From Octopus sinensis (lineage: Eukaryota), in contig NC_042998.1 in the NCBI RefSeq assembly GCF_006345805.1, positions 112,592,001-112,656,000 on the forward strand: DNA of 64,000 nucleotides, written 5' to 3'. Position 1 is the first letter of the stretch; each line of letters opens with the position of its first letter. A model generated the notes under the pieces. It did not search any database, had not been told where the DNA came from, and was given only the letters and a program-made list of their open reading frames with translations. A program made the position numbers and the translations under genes. Below are positions 59,836 through 64,000 of this stretch, in pieces.

Positions 59836-61159
59836 TACATACACTCCCACATACATACATACATGCATACATACATACATACATACATGCATACATACAT
59901 ACATACATACATACATACATACATACATACATACATACATGCATACATACATACATATACATATGATGTTCGATTTTTAATGTTGTTTGTTATTTCTTAG
60001 CTGTTTTGTTATTTGTTATTTTTAATGTTCAGTTTCTTTTAATATTCTAATAGACAAATATATATACTCACGCATCCATGCACACATGTACACACGCTAC
60101 ACATGGACATATATGTAACTAGCTGTTACTGCTGCTGTTGCCGATGATGATGATGATGATGATGAGATGATGATGATGATGAGGAGGAGGATGAGGAGGA
60201 GGGAGGAGGAGGAGGAGGAGGAGGAGGAGGAGGAGGAAAAACTTATTCAGGCTTTGATGTTTTCATCCAACCAGAGCGGAGCAGTAAAAGCAAACAACAT
60301 TTACTTTACAGCTAAATACTTTGAAAGGTATATCTACAATTGTTATATTATAGACGACAAATGCCGTCATCGTGATGTATTTTCTGAAACACATTCCGAA
60401 ATTGTATCCGGCTGTCCTACACAAACTCCAACAAAATAAACATAGAGTTTCAGCAATGCTAGGAGGTTGATCCACGCACTTTCAACTTCCCATAGAAACA
60501 GATTTAGTCCTATAAGCATACACTTGTCTTAGAAAATAACAATGAGCCTTTATGGTAGATACAAGGCGATCGGCATTATCTTGTCTTTAGAAATAACAAT
60601 GGAAATTATCATACAATTCACCACATAACAAAATAATACGCACAATCAATTTCAATGACAAAAATGACCATTGTGTATTAATCATTGAGTTAGCAATACC
60701 AAATGACTAAGTTAGTGCAGAGGCGAGCTGAAAGACTAAGGATTTATATCAACATATTTGTTGAATGAAAAACTGGTAGTTAAGGTGCGTGCGTGTGCGC
60801 GTGTCCAAAGTACAATTTGCTAGAATGATTCATCAACACTGCTGTCAGTTCATCGACAGATTGTCTTAAGAATAGATTTAAGTATGTTCCAAAACATAGC
60901 AATATTAAGATCTGTAAATTTTCGGCATTCTCGCGTTGTATTTAACACACTTGGATATTTGTATATATATTTTCGAAGTTGTACCTGTTTCTATCAGTAT
61001 ACGAAAGAAAACTCTTGAGGCACTTTGAAAACCAGGAGCTCTTGAGGCATCTTGCAAACCATGAATAATCTTTTCAAATTCTGGCCACAGACTAGCAATT
61101 TTCAGTATAGGAGTAAGTCGATTACACTGACCCCCTGTAATTGACAGGTACTTTATTTT

Positions 61160-61321
61160 ATTCTTTTCTACTCTAGGTACAAGGCCTGAAATATTAGGGC
61201 AGAGGGCCAGTCGATTAGATCCACCAGTTGCGTACTTTGTCTTTCGTACGCAACTGGTGGATCTAATCGACTGGCCCTCTGCCCTAATATTTCAGGCCTT
61301 GTACCTAGAGTAGAAAAGAAT
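61160..61321. repeat. Perfect 76-bp fold-back made of SINE-core sequence
   Basis: 61160-61235 is the reverse complement of 61246-61321, 10-nt loop. Confidence 0.92.
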
Positions 61322-63600
61322 ACGCAACTGATACTAAAGTACGCAACTGGTACTAATGTAACGACCCCGAAAGGATGAAAAGCAAAGTCGATCTCGGTGG
61401 AATTTGAACTCAGAACATAAAGACAGACGAAATACCTATTTCTTTACTACCCACAAGGTGCTAAACACAGAAGAGACAAACAAAGACAGACAAACGGATT
61501 AAGTCGATTATATCGACCCCAGTGCGTAACTGGTACTTATTTAATCGACCCCGAAAGGATGAAAGGCAAAGTCGGCCTCGACGGAAATTCAACTCAGAAC
61601 GTAGCGGCAGGCGAAATACCGCCAAACATTTCGACCGGCGTGCTAACGTTTCTGCCAACTCGCCGCCTTTATTTTATTGAACCAGAAAGGATGAAAGGCA
61701 AAGCTGACCCAGGCGGGATTCGAATTCAAAGCGTAACGCTAACGGTTCTGCCGGCTCACCACCTTTAATATTTATTTTAATATTGATATTCGTGTTAAGG
61801 CGGTGAACTGGCAAAATCGTTAGTATATCGGGCAAAATACTTGGGTGTGTTTCGTCCGTCTTTACTTTCTGAGTTCAAATGCTGTCAAGGTCGACTTTGC
61901 CTTTCATCCTGTCGGTGTCGATAATATAAGTACTAGTTGAACACTGAGGTTGATGTAATTGACTTATATTCCTATCCTACCCCCAAAATTGCTGGTCTTG
62001 TGCCAAAATTTGAAGCCAAAATTAATATTCCTGCTTCCTAGTATATTGTACATATATGTTCTCCATGTGTAATAGATTACATTATTTTTTAAATTCTAAT
62101 TTAGAGCTTTGAGCACCCTGTATATATTGTACACAGATATATCGAAATATATACTCGGATCACACACACATACATATACACATACAAGGAAAATGGTGAG
62201 GTTAAGAAATTTCGGCTGTGTATTCATAATGGGACAGCCTGCCAAAGGTTACATGTTATATAGCAGAAATTTCTAAGTAACTGTCAACTGTTTCTTGAAA
62301 AAATAATAGGTCATTCTTCTAAAAGGTATGATGTGCTTCTTTCATTTAAAAACAGGCGTTTATTACATGGGCATTTTTAATCATCGATCTGCTCGTTCAG
62401 GTCTGACCTGAAGCTAAATAACGAGTAGCATCATCGATGTGGACCTTCTATTTCACTTCATTAAGTAACAAGTAATTTCTGCATAGAGTTCGAAGTTGGC
62501 ATAGAAATAAGAAATCTGCAATGAGCAGTTTCGGTGGTATGAGCAAATTTTCTGCATGAACCATACAAAAGTTCTATAGCTTTAGAGAAAGGCAGTCGCA
62601 AAAGTAATCACAATAAGACTAACATACATTGAAAGAACATTCGGTTTTTAGAAACTGAATCTCACAGCGAGAATTTACCGCTCTATGATCAGAAAATATT
62701 GGGGACAAATATTTTCTGGCCATTCAGAAATTACCACAGATCCGCTTGTAATCGGCTTTCTGAGACTTTCGCTCGTAACCAACTATGTCACTGATTTTAC
62801 ATAAACACACACATATATGGGTATACACCGCAGACACATACATGTACCATATTTATGGTTAGGATTAGGGCGATTAATAGAAAGAATCGTTAGTGTTAGA
62901 TAAAATACCTTGAGGTATTTAGTTCGGCGCACCTCGTTTAGAATTCAAATTTCGTCAAAGTCGACTTCGCCTTTCATCCTTTCATGCTAACAAAAATAAA
63001 GGAGCACTCTGTCGGTTATGACGACGATGGTCCCAGCTGATTCGATCAACAGAACAGCTTGCTCGTGAAATTAACGTTTCACAGACACGTGTACCCTTAA
63101 CGTAGTTCGCAAGGAGATTCAGCATGACACAGAATGTGACAAGGCTGGCCCTTTGAAATACAGGTACTACTCATTTTTGTCAGCTGAGTGGAATGGAGCA
63201 TCGTAAAATAAAGTGTCTTGATCAAGGACAGAACGCGTCACCGGGAATCGAACTCACAACCTTACGATCATGAGCCGAATGCCCTAACCACTAAGCCACG
63301 CAACCTCACGAGCAAAAATAAATGAGTGGCAGATACTAAGGGGGGGTATAATCAATTTATATACCGCCTATCACAAAATATATTGTCGGTTTTGTCTCTC
63401 ATTTAGAATTCAATATTTGAACCCGACTCTCCAGTTTGTGTATTACGGCCAGTCATTACTTAAAGCGAGCGTTAACAGAATGTGAGTCAACGATAATGTA
63501 AATACGTGTTCGTCTAACTTGTTAAAACTTTATGCTACAATCATTTTCAACATCTGTCCGGCGGGCACATTTACGAGATGCGAATTTGGATAATACTCGG

Positions 63601-63635
<35 letters not shown>

Positions 63636-64000
63636 TTTTCTGTCTGTCTGTCTATCTAAATATATCGTGTATGGATATCTGTGCCTGTATTTGAGTGTGG
63701 GTGCTTGTGCTTGTGTGGAGGGGGGCGAGTGTGTGTGCATATGTGTATGTATGTGTGTGTCCACAGGAACAAATATACACACGGATATTCTATGTAGCCA
63801 ATATGGTAGCGGTCAATATAAATGTTTAAAAACTCAAAATATCACGAACAGTTAAGGCTTGACCTTAACATAAGTTTAAACAAAGACTTAATACCTATCA
63901 GCTTTCACATAACTGACGTCATTAAAAAACTATTCTTTATTGGTTCTTATTGATTTCTTTGACTGGAACACAAAATCTCTTATGAAAATATGATTGCTGA

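Overview
AT-rich, microsatellite-dense eukaryotic genomic DNA. The repeat repertoire looks like an octopus/coleoid cephalopod (inference; no database search possible). One protein-coding gene dominates: a minus-strand, multi-exon RASEF/Rab45-like large Rab GTPase. I traced 15 GT-AG exons (47367 down to stop at 2202), covering the coiled coil, the DSGxSTxRD linker and a complete Rab domain ending in CCRT*. One junction (35274 to 32517) is unresolved, and the EF-hand exons were not found (probably beyond 64000). The introns are packed with retroelements (R4/Dong-like RLE LINEs, Tx1/L1, CR1/L2, Penelope-like, tRNA-headed SINEs) and DNA elements (piggyBac, hAT, Tc1/mariner MITEs, Helitron/HINE). 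The most notable signals are: (i) nine minimal type-I hammerhead-ribozyme-like motifs from several Penelope-type families, eight of them sense to the host pre-mRNA, including a U3-A8 covariant and an A6U variant; (ii) a head-to-head dimer of a tRNA-headed, hammerhead-tailed SINE with a Dong-like LINE nested in its (TAA)n tract; (iii) at least seven near-perfect fold-back insertions; (iv) LINE families sitting inside specific microsatellites (GATA, TAA, TACA). Most ORFs in the supplied track are microsatellite artefacts.
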